IMG/VR virus record: IMGVR_UViG_3300042988_001550
Origin: a virus
DNA length: 64,000 nt
Strand: one strand, 5' to 3'
Made by a program: the position numbers and the translations under genes. A model generated the notes under the pieces. That model had not been told where the DNA came from. It worked only from the letters and a program-made list of their open reading frames with translations, and ran no database searches. Below, one piece after another: positions 46,801-55,188 of the stretch; position 1 is the stretch's first letter, and each line of letters starts with the position of its first letter.

Positions 46801-49110
46801 GGCACGGCACTCTACCCGAACATCATCTTCCGCAATCCAGGGTACTACCACTTTACCGCTAGATTGCTGAACGGAGCTGGCGTAGAGATTCCGCTACCTA
46901 GTCCTGCCAAGAACATCTATGTTCAGGCAACCACACCGGGTATCTCTCAAAAAGAGACGTACATTGATAACAACTTCGTTGCAGTAAACCCCAACAACGC
47001 GGCTATTACATACGCTAAGACGTCTCTACCAAAACTAAAGGTAGTGAATAATCTCACAAGCATCTTCACCTTGCCTGTGAACGCTCTCTGTAACTACAAT
47101 CTGCTTCTAGCAGAGCAGCAGCCGGTTCAGGCTCCGATGATCACCGGTACGCTCGACTATACGATGGATTTGACCAGCTATAACGCTGGTTGGAGATGGG
47201 CGGACTCCTTCGGAACGCTCCTGTCCGGTAATCCAAGAGTATTGACCGGACAGATGATCAATGGTTTCGGTAACGTCTACTCGTCGCCGTCGCCGTCTGT
47301 AGCTGTCTATGGTAGACAAGGTCTGCGCTTAAAGTACACCGGTACGTCGACCACTTTCCTAAGTAACGCTGTAGCCGTCGTTGTCACTAAGCGGTCGGTA
47401 ACTCCTGCAGAAACAACACTAACAGTACCCACAAGCAACACACCGCCGCTAAAATACACGTTGGAATTTGTTGCTGGCGGATCAAGCACGACATACCAGA
47501 ACACTTCCGCGTCTGGTGCGTGGTGGCACTCAGTCAACGGTGGATACTCTGGATCGACTAACCTCGGCAGAGGTCGTGTCTTCTGTGCCAGCTGGCCAGG
47601 TAGCCCGAACCACCCGAACTACGATCCTGACACAACCGGCGTATTCTATCCCCATCCAGACGACTGCCCTTATCTGACGTACCCAGAAGGGCGCTCGATG
47701 AAACAGGGTAACCAGGTTTACACTGGCCAGGATTACCTGTGGGATGGTGGTTTCGTTGGCCACATCGCCGAAGAGCACGGGTTCTACTTCCACAACAACC
47801 GTAACGTGACAGTTAGAAATACACTGATCAAGTACACCGGTCGTACTGGAATCCAGAGTCTCAACTGGTGGCAAGATAACAAGCCAAGTGATACTGTCGG
47901 GGACCTTAACCACCCGAATAACCGAGAGAACGTGTCGCAGTTCGGCTACTCTCTGGTGTTCGAGAAGAACACGTTGAAGGATTGTGGGATTACCACACCG
48001 ACACGTCAGCTCACGGTAGCTGACTACGCGGGCAGTGTATACATCCGTAACAACAAGATGTTGTTAGGATTCAACGGCAAGCTGCGCCACTGGGAATCGA
48101 TCAATGCTGGCGCAATCGTCGTGTACGATGGTAGAGCCTTCGTACAGGCATTAGGCCTGCCTAATGATCACTGGAACATCTATCCAGATCACTTCATGGT
48201 CGATCAGTTCGATAACCCTGCGGTTGACTGGCAACACATTAAATTGGCCAATCTAGAGTACACACCAATAGGGTCGAGAGACTACTATCCTGGTGGAGCT
48301 GTGAACCCTTACATAGGATTGAGCCCGTCGCACCCGTACTACTACCTACGCAGACTGTTTGAAAACTATCCCAGACTCGGGTTTGCTTCAGGACAGCAGT
48401 ATCAGGTCGTGCAGAACGGTCTGGTAAACTGGACACCCAACCACCCGTATTACAACCGGGCGTACGGTCACCCTAGATTCTCTGCCGCGCCGTTCACTAA
48501 GTCGATCACCTTAACAAAGCCCCCGCCCAGTGGAACCGGTCCAAGCGTCAGCGTGACGTTAGGATCTCCGACAGTAGGGTTCTATGGTGGTACTCAAAAG
48601 GTTGGTGCCGTCTACGTAAGTGACAACATCATCTGGGGAAACAGCTGGATCTCCGGCGCTAGACCCCTAGCAACCGCACTATCAGGAGACCCGTACTTCA
48701 GCGAGTTTGTTCATGCTGACTGGGTTTCTCCTGGTATACGCCCACAAGGCATGATCGCCCTGGATACGACGGGTGGATATACTGGAACAGTGTTGCAGGA
48801 AGGAACAGGATTCCAGCACCCGCTGGTGGCCTTCGGAGGAATGCGTAACCTCATCCTTAACCACAACTCGATCAAGCCTGGCAACACAGTAGTCGGTAAG
48901 ATTGACCTGAATCCGAAACAGGCCACTGGCAACGACCTGTACTATCCTCCCATCCTATCAGTAACCGGCTCGCACAACATCTTTGCGACTGCTCCTGGTA
49001 AGTCCGCCGGATTCCGTTACTACTTCACGGACACGACAAATCCGATTGTAGCTGCCCTACGCAGCCAGCTTTTGAGCAGCGTCTCTCCCAGCCCTAACCT
49101 GTATTTCTGA
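37816..49110 (+). CDS. giant tail-fiber/adhesin-like protein, 3764 aa, with LamG-like, repeated IPT/TIG-like and beta-helix-like segments
   Basis: One 11.3 kb ORF. A LamG-like segment near nt 41260..41600 (TGTLFLGAGNT). At least four IPT/TIG-like units between nt 43380 and 45470 (PIITSITPTTSVTGTADTTVRIFGSQF, LSRVSPPWFSPEAASFDEFRLFGANF, ATISRVSPVITSPLGTQTITITGAGF, VSPSTFAANGVPRTIKVYGQNF). A beta-helix-like NNRNVTVRNTLIKYTG segment near nt 47560..48900. Confidence 0.8.
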   Translation: MSTNKFDPTPLFDALPSFWKDYYKDKDVLSTVYEALLRIQEIDYNRLFTVDDSKTLSSVPVLTRYPVVYDQLNDWETTGQKHAHTKISVAFDPTLVTPFDATTQYYRIRFPDTIFKYDSQLYLDGRAIPASFYTKVFEPYYSGEFTDGETVGTTVYLHAQRLAQLFAKPLSTEDYELITEDPDQFDNYGNVSEDPEAFADYGNLGWSAIEAVTTATMYAFKSVLPLKAVTDGSTSSFELDLSPQTLSTDESTVVVESVDVTGRVAVSYDSAYTTVTPVGSFSWQTGQTFKVTWQDGTIQQVSAATGLPIYLTKLDPIASVQLLTNFQIYPSVTTVDINGVSVGNNQLYPGTIVRVVDSVGTQSAVITDATNRVTFERPIDTNTAKVFFHGIDLLSVDLTETALDFNTPPNKSVTLRIDGVISNDHQHVTETFDIEVITRNIVLANTPATGAMTGNESEFLPCRVFKDGQLLLAGTDYSLVGSILIFEEDLLPPCKVSVYYEISGEVAHTHYHQVFQNLASNNRLTIDREVSADDTFELYYDSLLNTHQSQLDLVGGRSITLDNVFPENITIVFHGIQRGWAYRHVIADRMDARYGYRGHVKSIGFIQDGLITASATLSSQDGDIAVVEENGDTVLYSNTKVIDAWMFDVDVDEQLISNVWGALVDNVEASTDDQAVRITSLLAAARSPAFVANMENFGSIVLGSRFLEEDGVSLGIRTDDNGDRVVSIRPTDTQSDNFDVQLIDGAEVRITDGSVLPRLFAVNKLLSVIDKDLSSVPWLAFMAESLSSDFRFAKRLDAKTSKKLTSDNGQFDQVTGVLTDYSINFYEEEVRVGDQIRLEFAIFDFTLPDNPLEERDPVVANVLEVINPNQIRIKSPEIVDIAGFGENSYGSGPFGGGIYTPSLRSYTVWTRVTRKLDSFYKLDTALASAQAFVSGEDVQLTNEELAKLLRHHVFVLKLNWDRMVSAEQLATLQQLIRTLKPAKTTALVYTELEDGNGIAETLGSELTEGSPELSVAGDRVADEFYTGTSYLGADYRTQSSTNTLLYDPASFTVGPAAFALTNEPDLVPKDSQYYLTASRNSMIDAGSAWATLYSGQHGLEGLLLKSTLVTGVASYEVYPVFGYRPNGFAIEFNGQRRLNVPWVYLADDFTFRTWMTVPSGSIGAGESPQLLALGSTGFRIGLGYVSASTYEVAIYPSPSQRIVVAEFSPDTETFLSVTYREDDSQFETIIAGGRNGSGTTSTDAGVTASFTGTLFLGAGNTDPIQDSGITATLDETVLLGRAASPEEVASWYSTRYWSGPLGVSANGSPLSELGAQIVLHFDKEDALSTTVFDYSGEGNNLSKESDDVDDLDSDWFVSGIIDTPLPSEKDYFQLDRRGYYITDGRRVTIPVLDEDGVPTTVEYTARSGEIAYTAPNVAYYFTGSSWLKVDAFPSTSSSAVSVNRWTGPYQGFFENGYIDPNNQVRSSVIRFDATLGTDPAFKFSAKNNAAISSIKIGGTEILEVDTKADIVQQRWEVGNSFVLAEAGADNQSPREQSLSRYVSSTFTTTGGVVRSYPAFSQLYTEVSPPLEASGDLFTKRVKLGVVNNNHILEIESSLQPYASLNNAYVGWVYQLSLSDALTEAFSFQVGTQGAGYGQPIYLGKAEESDNQIETTFKGGVILTSVDRTLAIGIYHHGPSRPNYRIATDIEYLSTPNRVLLSSTEYIRNSGGVAGEMSKKRYICAGNFVEVVSAFAELYAHLEGLPAPTFSFPAIAMQAAITSPLNQNILLNQTVDFNVRAISAYGTIDALYAEDVTATVTDITTGTATDYVETFVNGVADFSAIPMTQNGSKSVFLTSGSLQPATLSLDVWWPKPIITSITPTTSVTGTADTTVRIFGSQFYSPHVAQWRAPGSNTWVDQTTTYVSPGEVQFSLLTSMKTVGRHVIRVSTPRLLGAISNSVFLQVTASAPVWSPHYLSIDTYPSTTLINSSNQYAVSLRHSPSGNLATINSGRVTLTAQPTGSFTGTMSAWASPVNGVALINGSVNKAGIYDLRAVHSPLSGGAARTDVEYAVLTVQNPDPVLSRVSPPWFSPEAASFDEFRLFGANFIQNDSVVEFCLTSPNHPSFSGWTTRTTVFDTSSQIIGYLTTGDIAYDSTERYRYARVSTRYSVSGLPSASVSILVSPTAGVPPVPTVYSPFFLGEVVEVGSLTYNDQFVNETVDVLVPVLHSLIPLVSASTATGLVRVVASPELPEYTGSGSDSAVPQVGNQIAFLSPQISSYGRYRLSATYSPGVGETAVVGSASDYFNVYLRPATISRVSPVITSPLGTQTITITGAGFNVSNKVYLTNATASTTVTASPSFTSAQSISFQLSPGNYTGQQDLLQIQVGTPTWSYALSNSSYLTLYPTPSTYTVSLNPDVNNPPPILTQTIVVGNTLPTIDAHVFDNAGQPATSVTGLVSLAITKTTGGVAYSGADSPVNGYASFSGITAPAAGIYNISAEFSPTGGTPVTADEIQFYSLNPVGYATSVSPSTFAANGVPRTIKVYGQNFLSGSTAVLVNGSESAAFVQTVHSPKALTATLSTFASNSVGTHQISIKTQFAAPGGQPAYSGVSVPLTITANPSAPAAGSEENLPATIIVSPLGYARVRSPSGPITPIWTPVAVPGQDRGSDSLWQACINRVGQYNTANPPGTIQPTATSPGAADVVEVTAGMYSHVKFYTGNASGPHETTNAQARGLSLRQPLIIRARKTNGVAEPVVIRPFSFIDPADTTYACITFQATPTYKPGFMHFYDIGFMGRHYGVEHVRSTNMTGSVDYYYEDHQFHRCRILGTYDHRTIALAPYRVTQSTQSNVLTNQKHWNYLGQELIAPSTSPSNSFLWRMDIPADQVHRALHRNRYCVSVPVTSPADLNPLPTCLGVVIGAAPSSEFVYTSSQSVSTSKLIHLGLDKGTGGSPHYVELTLMADGENGGAGVANSRSNVSVWSGSWQLLTVTNGVVPVGTVYDNTKYPLTGRVIGGTALYPNIIFRNPGYYHFTARLLNGAGVEIPLPSPAKNIYVQATTPGISQKETYIDNNFVAVNPNNAAITYAKTSLPKLKVVNNLTSIFTLPVNALCNYNLLLAEQQPVQAPMITGTLDYTMDLTSYNAGWRWADSFGTLLSGNPRVLTGQMINGFGNVYSSPSPSVAVYGRQGLRLKYTGTSTTFLSNAVAVVVTKRSVTPAETTLTVPTSNTPPLKYTLEFVAGGSSTTYQNTSASGAWWHSVNGGYSGSTNLGRGRVFCASWPGSPNHPNYDPDTTGVFYPHPDDCPYLTYPEGRSMKQGNQVYTGQDYLWDGGFVGHIAEEHGFYFHNNRNVTVRNTLIKYTGRTGIQSLNWWQDNKPSDTVGDLNHPNNRENVSQFGYSLVFEKNTLKDCGITTPTRQLTVADYAGSVYIRNNKMLLGFNGKLRHWESINAGAIVVYDGRAFVQALGLPNDHWNIYPDHFMVDQFDNPAVDWQHIKLANLEYTPIGSRDYYPGGAVNPYIGLSPSHPYYYLRRLFENYPRLGFASGQQYQVVQNGLVNWTPNHPYYNRAYGHPRFSAAPFTKSITLTKPPPSGTGPSVSVTLGSPTVGFYGGTQKVGAVYVSDNIIWGNSWISGARPLATALSGDPYFSEFVHADWVSPGIRPQGMIALDTTGGYTGTVLQEGTGFQHPLVAFGGMRNLILNHNSIKPGNTVVGKIDLNPKQATGNDLYYPPILSVTGSHNIFATAPGKSAGFRYYFTDTTNPIVAALRSQLLSSVSPSPNLYF

Positions 49111-49133
49111 GATATACTTGATCAGAGCCTAGC

Positions 49134-50558
49134 ATGAAAATCCTCAATTTTACCGATGGGATGAAGCCGCTGACAGCGGACATGAACAACATTCACCTTT
49201 ACACGGAGGATGCTGTCTACACGCTGTTGCAGGCTATGGGAAGTTCTGCCGGTAAGGTGCTTTTTGAAGCAATCGAACCGACCGCCGCTGTAGATGGTGA
49301 CGGCATCCTTTCAGTCGCTGTTGACGAACAACACTTCGCTATCGAAGGCGCCGTAACTACTGTTCCAGTAACGACTAATCTCTTCACTGGCCTAGATGTT
49401 TCAGATGCAAAGGTAGCCGTTTACTTCATTCTGAAGAAACAAGCTGTAGAGGAAGAGCGTAACTTCATTTCTCTAGAGAACGCCAACAACTACCTGATCC
49501 AACAGGATTTGACAACTGTTGTAGCGTATGAAGACGTCGGTCGTGTAGAAATGAACATTACGAAGGACGGCAGCACCCCGGCTGTTCCTATGCTAGGTGT
49601 TCAAGACACAGGATACGTTCTGCTAGGTACGTACGACTGGGACTATCTCACAGAAGAATTGACCTTCACGCTAAACACAGCGGAAGTGTTTACCCTGCCA
49701 GCAAACTTCCAGCAGCCGGTAACCGATCACGCCTCAAGCCACTTACCCGGCGGCGGAGACGCGATTCAACTAGCTGCTCTAGGTAACGTGTCTGGGGGTA
49801 GTCAGCCAGGCCTGATGCCTGCTGGAGCCTTAACCGCTGTCATGGGCAGCGTACAGGACATCGTCGCAACAGACGACTTCATTCAGATCGTAGCGACCGG
49901 TGACAACGAAGTATCGGGAAACGCGATCGATCCTAAGACGGTCGAGATCCACTTAGCCCTAGACGGATCTTTGGAGCAGAAAGAGGACGGCACCTTAGGT
50001 ATCGTCTTTAAGTCGGCCTCAGCGCTTAACGGTACCGATGACATCCCGGCCAGAGCGAACCATATTCACTCGCTGGTTGAGACGGGGATCATCTCCTACT
50101 CCCTGACAGCGGCAGTACCGCAAGACGGTTCTCTGCTTGGCAAGATGCTGGGACCATACACTGTATCGTCTTCGTATTCTGGCGGGACAGGAACCAGTGA
50201 CGTTGGCCGAATCATATCCGTCAGCGTGTCTTGGATCCCTCCGGGAATCCCCGGAAACTACTACGGGATTGATTGTGGATGGTCCGTCGTATCTGAGGCG
50301 GGAAGAGAAACAGTTGGTTGCCGACCGGTTGTTATGGGACGTTCAGCCTTCTACCTAGAAACAGGAAGCAAGGGACTAGCGTACCTGACACAGACGATGG
50401 TCGACCACATAAACGGGATAACCAACGGTATCGCAGGTACGCAGCCGAGAAGTCAGCCGAACTGGCTGTCCGGAACATACGCTGACGGTGGCAGACTACG
50501 CGTTGACGTGATTGCTGTTAGAGTCGGCGCCCACTCCGATCAGGTCGAGGTGCTATGA
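49134..50558 (+). CDS. hypothetical tail-associated protein, 474 aa
   Basis: Same operon as the giant ORF. Confidence 0.6.
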   Translation: MKILNFTDGMKPLTADMNNIHLYTEDAVYTLLQAMGSSAGKVLFEAIEPTAAVDGDGILSVAVDEQHFAIEGAVTTVPVTTNLFTGLDVSDAKVAVYFILKKQAVEEERNFISLENANNYLIQQDLTTVVAYEDVGRVEMNITKDGSTPAVPMLGVQDTGYVLLGTYDWDYLTEELTFTLNTAEVFTLPANFQQPVTDHASSHLPGGGDAIQLAALGNVSGGSQPGLMPAGALTAVMGSVQDIVATDDFIQIVATGDNEVSGNAIDPKTVEIHLALDGSLEQKEDGTLGIVFKSASALNGTDDIPARANHIHSLVETGIISYSLTAAVPQDGSLLGKMLGPYTVSSSYSGGTGTSDVGRIISVSVSWIPPGIPGNYYGIDCGWSVVSEAGRETVGCRPVVMGRSAFYLETGSKGLAYLTQTMVDHINGITNGIAGTQPRSQPNWLSGTYADGGRLRVDVIAVRVGAHSDQVEVL

Positions 50559-51094
50559 AACTAGCCGAGACCGCCACAGCCGTTATCAGCGGACACATCC
50601 GCGTATTCACAGCACCAGCAGAAAGTGATCCGCTGTCTCTGGATCAGTTGACAGCAATCATCGATCACAAGAACTTGATTGTCGATTCTGCCGAGACCGT
50701 GATGCTAGGTCTGCTCTCAAGAGACTTCTCTAACTACGCTCCCTACTACATCTGTATTGGTAGTGGTGGTGATACCGACAGAGATACCGGCTTCGACGCA
50801 GGAGAGCGCGTACCCCCCGACGTTAGCGATACGGCTATTAGATCACTTGTACTGCGCATCCCTATCATCCAGACGGACGTTGTGGATAACACGGTGACAT
50901 ACACCGCGATAGCCAGACCACACCAAGGACTTACTTCTGCGCTAAACGAGCTCACCCTCGAAACCATGAATAACACGCTCATTTCGCACTACGTTGAGCA
51001 GTCTGCGCCGGGTGAGGTTAGAGCGAAGAAGCACGTCAAGTCGTCTCTGGAATATCTCGTCATCCGCTGGTCGCTGACCTTTACGCTGAACTAA
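50555..51094 (+). CDS. hypothetical protein, 179 aa
   Basis: ATGA coupling. Confidence 0.55.
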   Translation: MKLAETATAVISGHIRVFTAPAESDPLSLDQLTAIIDHKNLIVDSAETVMLGLLSRDFSNYAPYYICIGSGGDTDRDTGFDAGERVPPDVSDTAIRSLVLRIPIIQTDVVDNTVTYTAIARPHQGLTSALNELTLETMNNTLISHYVEQSAPGEVRAKKHVKSSLEYLVIRWSLTFTLN

Positions 51095-51095
51095 A

Positions 51096-53420
51096 ATGCA
51101 AGAGATCTCAATCCAATACGGTGCTCTCGACACCTCTGCCCTACATAATGATCGATTCACCTCGATCATTGCGCCTGGAATCTACGCCGGTTACCAGGTT
51201 CGGCCAAGCACCGCTCCTGGGTATGTAGACATTATGCCCGGCTCCGATGACGTCTCGGTGCTGGTGACAGAAGAAGGCATCATCGTTCGGGAGACTAGCG
51301 GTGTTTACAGCGCCGTCCAGATCGCCGCTGCCGACCCTAACCTGCTAAGATACGATCTGATCGTTGCAGAGTTCCGCAGATCCTCTGTAGGTACATCGGA
51401 GCAAGATTACAAGGTAATTCGAGGACGTAACCAGGCTGACCTGGACACTGAACCAGTCAAGCCCTCAGCCGGAGCGTATCAGATACCTCTAGCCTATGTG
51501 CGGGTTCGGCCAAGATCTCAGTTCCCTGGATCATCCGCTGTACAGATAACGCTAGCCGATATTTACCAGATGCCCGCAGTTAGCTGGACGGCTGTATCTA
51601 GGCACGCAGACCTTAAACCTGTAATCTCGTCAGCCGACTCTCGAAGACTATATGTGTATCCAGGAGTCATGACTAACTCCGAGGGCACACGGTTTATCGA
51701 ATTCGCTGGCGGATTCTCAAGCGTCATTGACGACAATACTGTGGCCGAGAACAGCTACCAGTATTACCTGTTTGGTGTGTCTGATAGTGGCGAGGTTGCT
51801 GTCATCAGCCAATCTGATGACAAGGCTACGCTACCGGATCTGACAAACGACCTTCTTCCTGTGGCTATTGTGAAGGCACAGAAAATCGGCGGTAGCATTC
51901 GCCTACTAGAAGTCACAGACGTCCGTATTGGTATCGCTCGAAACATTAGTCCTATCGACAAGAGTCTGAGCTATCACGCGCTGTTCGCGAACTCGATCTT
52001 CAAGTACATGCGGATCGAGGCCTTTGACGACGACAGCGGGATTGACCTCTCGACTATCGAACTTCAAACGTCTGGTGAAAGTGATCTGCTGACCGCCGAG
52101 ATCAGCGGAGTTGACAGCTCGCTAACGATCACCTGGACTGGCACATCAAACCTGCCCACAGAACCTGTTGTCATCACAACAGAGGATCTAATGGCTGGTG
52201 GCAATCTAGGAACCATCAAGCACTTTATGATGGTGGCCGATAGCGCCATCAGCGGGCTACAGTTCTACTACTCAGGCTCGTCCAAAACTGGCGGGTTCAG
52301 TACCACAGCAATCAGCCCCGGATCAATTGTCAGAACTCCGGGACAAGGCGTTCGTAAACTGTTCTTGCAGATGGTTATACAGCCCTCTGCTTTTACAACG
52401 AACAAGCAGATCAAGATCAATAGTTTCGGAGTGTTCTTCCAGATCTCTGACGCCAGCCTGAGCGTACTATCTCTCAACGAGATTGGCCTCCTGTCGTTCT
52501 CCAAGACAATCCCGAACCTGATTGCTAACGGCGACTTCTACCACTGGTCGAAGAACCAAACAGACGGTTCCCGCCTACAGCTAAACTCCCAGGAGCCGGC
52601 CACATTCACACTCAACGAGTCGTCGAGGGTGCTGGCCGATGGTTGGTACGCCTCCCACTTAGGGTTCGGTATGAGTGGGGAGACCGTTCAGCGAGTGGTT
52701 AGAGACACCAGCGATTTCGCGGTAACAACAGCTATCGAGCTTGTTGCTGACGCAGTCCTAGACACAACCAATAGCGTGACAGTGCTAGAGTACCGTGTCG
52801 CGGCAGCTCAGGAACTAGTCGGTAAAGAAGTCACATTCGCTATCGGATACGAGAGCAGCCAACCAGCAACAGTGTCGATTGGCGTGGCACAATTCCGTCG
52901 CGGTGACAACGGACTTGAGGTGTTCGCAACAACCTCGGCAACCGGATCGCTACCTGTTGGAGAGATCATCGTAAACTCGGTACCTGTGTCTTCGTCGTGT
53001 GAGCAGATCAGCTTCTACGTCATGCTGACGCACTCAGTTGGTGCCGTGTACCGGCTGTACAACGCTAGAGCAGCTGCTGGCATGTTCAACAGCCTGGAAT
53101 ACAACCAAGCTCCGGACGCTAGATCTATCTTGCGGCAATACTACGAACGCGGTAGAGTTCTGAGTGCTACAAGATCCACGACTGGCGGACTGGTCGGAGC
53201 TTCTGCTCAGTTTGGAACACCCAAGGCAACAGAACTTGGTAGCGTCACTATTCGTCTTGCGGACGAAAGCACGTCTAACCGATCTGTAGGCGTCGGGGAG
53301 ATAACATTCGACGCGGACGCTGACGGCTTTGTAGTAACGACAACATCGACCGCTAACGGTGACGCAACGGTTGACCTAGACTGGGAAGCGTTCGTAGCTT
53401 ATGAGGGATCTGTGATATGA
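51096..53420 (+). CDS. hypothetical tail-fiber-like protein, 774 aa
   Basis: Long Ser/Thr/Gly-rich ORF in the tail block. Confidence 0.6.
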   Translation: MQEISIQYGALDTSALHNDRFTSIIAPGIYAGYQVRPSTAPGYVDIMPGSDDVSVLVTEEGIIVRETSGVYSAVQIAAADPNLLRYDLIVAEFRRSSVGTSEQDYKVIRGRNQADLDTEPVKPSAGAYQIPLAYVRVRPRSQFPGSSAVQITLADIYQMPAVSWTAVSRHADLKPVISSADSRRLYVYPGVMTNSEGTRFIEFAGGFSSVIDDNTVAENSYQYYLFGVSDSGEVAVISQSDDKATLPDLTNDLLPVAIVKAQKIGGSIRLLEVTDVRIGIARNISPIDKSLSYHALFANSIFKYMRIEAFDDDSGIDLSTIELQTSGESDLLTAEISGVDSSLTITWTGTSNLPTEPVVITTEDLMAGGNLGTIKHFMMVADSAISGLQFYYSGSSKTGGFSTTAISPGSIVRTPGQGVRKLFLQMVIQPSAFTTNKQIKINSFGVFFQISDASLSVLSLNEIGLLSFSKTIPNLIANGDFYHWSKNQTDGSRLQLNSQEPATFTLNESSRVLADGWYASHLGFGMSGETVQRVVRDTSDFAVTTAIELVADAVLDTTNSVTVLEYRVAAAQELVGKEVTFAIGYESSQPATVSIGVAQFRRGDNGLEVFATTSATGSLPVGEIIVNSVPVSSSCEQISFYVMLTHSVGAVYRLYNARAAAGMFNSLEYNQAPDARSILRQYYERGRVLSATRSTTGGLVGASAQFGTPKATELGSVTIRLADESTSNRSVGVGEITFDADADGFVVTTTSTANGDATVDLDWEAFVAYEGSVI

Positions 53421-53962
53421 GCTTTATTGTAAGCCAAACCATCGGTACTAGAAAGCTGTCTGGATTCTACCGAAAGGTAGATACAGAGGGAGCTGCTTCC
53501 AGATTCCAAAGTCAAGAGGCCGGTTATCAAGAGGTATTCGAGGTAGCTGATCTTACAGTGGAGAGTGCTACCAGTTACCTGATAACACTAAGCTCGTCGT
53601 ACATCGTCGGCGCACACCAGCTTATAGTGGCGCTGCGCTTTACCGACCAGCTTGGGTACCTTGTTCTTCCCCCTAGAGACCAAGACACAACCGGCCTGTC
53701 CTATGAGGAAGTCGACTCTCTAACGGTCCGCATCTACGGTGTCCTCGGTGGAGCAAATGACTTTACGCACGCGATGGTAGTTATCCCGCACACCGCGACG
53801 CCAGCCGTAAACCGTGAGAAGGTTGTCGTGCGTGACCAAGGCGATAACACAGCGATTGAGTTAGAAGGCCACGGAGACGGTGTCATGGTCCGCTCACCTA
53901 ACGGCAGCAAGTGGCTTATCCGCGTCGATGATAGCGGAAACCTCGTAACAGAGTCGAGGTAA
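53417..53962 (+). CDS. hypothetical protein, 181 aa
   Basis: ATGA coupling; last gene of the + block. Confidence 0.55.
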   Translation: MSFIVSQTIGTRKLSGFYRKVDTEGAASRFQSQEAGYQEVFEVADLTVESATSYLITLSSSYIVGAHQLIVALRFTDQLGYLVLPPRDQDTTGLSYEEVDSLTVRIYGVLGGANDFTHAMVVIPHTATPAVNREKVVVRDQGDNTAIELEGHGDGVMVRSPNGSKWLIRVDDSGNLVTESR

Positions 53963-53982
53963 AAAAGGGGGACAAGCCCCCG
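53961..53982 (-). terminator. rho-independent terminator for the minus-strand operon
   Basis: GGGGG-acaag-CCCCC hairpin followed, on the minus strand, by TTTTTT. Confidence 0.6.
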
Positions 53983-53986
53983 ACGA

Positions 53987-54349
53987 TCACCCGAAGCCGT
54001 TTCCTCTGGTGAGGGTCTGCGGCTCCGGATCTGGCACGCTGTTGTCAAACAGCTGGACGATATTACCGATCACGCCAATAGCGTGGTGTACGGTAATGTT
54101 GTTCTGGATGAGATCCAGTTGAACACCGCAGAGTGCCGTGAGAAGAGAAGCAATCTCTGCAATGATGCTGGCGCTGTCCTTGCTGAGGATAGACATACGA
54201 CCGTTGTTGCTTGTCAGCATACGACCGATATCTGACAGCGGGCTGTGTATCACGATCGACGCATCCTTGACGAGAGTTGAACAGTTCAACTGCACGGAGA
54301 AATGCTGTCCGGTGATATTGTAGGTGAGGTTTTTGGGGGGAGCTTCCAC
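53987..54349 (-). CDS. hypothetical protein, 120 aa
   Basis: Last gene of the minus-strand pilin-like operon. Confidence 0.5.
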   Translation of the reverse strand: MEAPPKNLTYNITGQHFSVQLNCSTLVKDASIVIHSPLSDIGRMLTSNNGRMSILSKDSASIIAEIASLLTALCGVQLDLIQNNITVHHAIGVIGNIVQLFDNSVPDPEPQTLTRGNGFG

Positions 54350-54624
54350 TAGCTCTTTACCTTGCTAAGGATGATCTGCTTTGTGGTGTGAAGGATGGTA
54401 GCGGCTAGCAGGTGAGCCGCTACGGTCACAAATACGGTTCTCATCTCAGCTTTGGCCTTCGCATCCAGCTCCCTAGTTAGCTGCTTAGCAGCCTCTATCG
54501 CTGTTAGCGCGTTTCGCTGTAGATGATTTTGCTTGGACAACTCAAAAAGAGCGTTGTAGTCGGTCACCGTAAAGGTTTCTGTTAGGTGGAATGCGGGGGA
54601 TCCAAGCAGCTTCGCGAGCCGCAA
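54349..54624 (-). CDS. hypothetical protein with C-terminal hydrophobic segment, 91 aa
   Basis: Ends in TVFVTVAAHLLAATILHT. Its stop overlaps the next start. Confidence 0.45.
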   Translation of the reverse strand: MRLAKLLGSPAFHLTETFTVTDYNALFELSKQNHLQRNALTAIEAAKQLTRELDAKAKAEMRTVFVTVAAHLLAATILHTTKQIILSKVKS

Positions 54625-54945
54625 GGATCCCCCTCTGGTGCCACGCGGACACCTCTCTGCTTACCAGATGTCACCCTGGTAAGTGTTCAATCAAGCGGCT
54701 TTCACCGCTTGTGTGGGAATCTCCCACAAGGCGTAACCACTTGCGTGGCTGGAGAGTAGCCTGTTATCTCTCTCCACTATTCTTATGCCACATCCACCAT
54801 CACTTCTTGCCGAAGATGACAGTGAAGCACCAGAGGTAGATGCAGAGATGCCATCGTTTTACCGACAGCACTGCACCTAACTCTTTGTGTGTCCAGTCGA
54901 CACTGGCGAAGAACGCTAGGCGCCAGAAGCGCCAGTAGACGTAGT

Positions 54946-55188
54946 TCACTGGTGAAGCGGGCACCGCCACGTCCGCTGCGCGTTCTCGATGAAGGACGCG
55001 AAGGCCGGATCGTTTGCGTCCCCACGGTACACAGACGTTTCTTCGCAGAACGTCCGGCCACATTTCAGCGTGACCGCCAGCTGCTGGCCCGACCTCTTCG
55101 GTACCGGTGCCAGCAGGATGGCCGCAGTGGCAACGACAAACAGGCCGATGACGAAGATCGACCCGTACACGAGGATCTTTTGGATCAC
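54946..55188 (-). CDS. small membrane protein, 80 aa
   Basis: TM segment ILVYGSIFVIGLFVVATAAILLA. Overlaps the stop of the pilin-like gene. Confidence 0.45.
   Translation of the reverse strand: MIQKILVYGSIFVIGLFVVATAAILLAPVPKRSGQQLAVTLKCGRTFCEETSVYRGDANDPAFASFIENAQRTWRCPLHQ

Noticed and set aside
38544-48932. Numerous 60 to 130-aa antisense or out-of-frame ORFs inside the 3764-aa gene and other long genes
   Set aside because: They are embedded in a continuous 11.3 kb reading frame whose product shows repeated, recognisable domain motifs. The small ORFs have no ribosome-binding sites and low-complexity compositions typical of shadow frames in GC-rich DNA.
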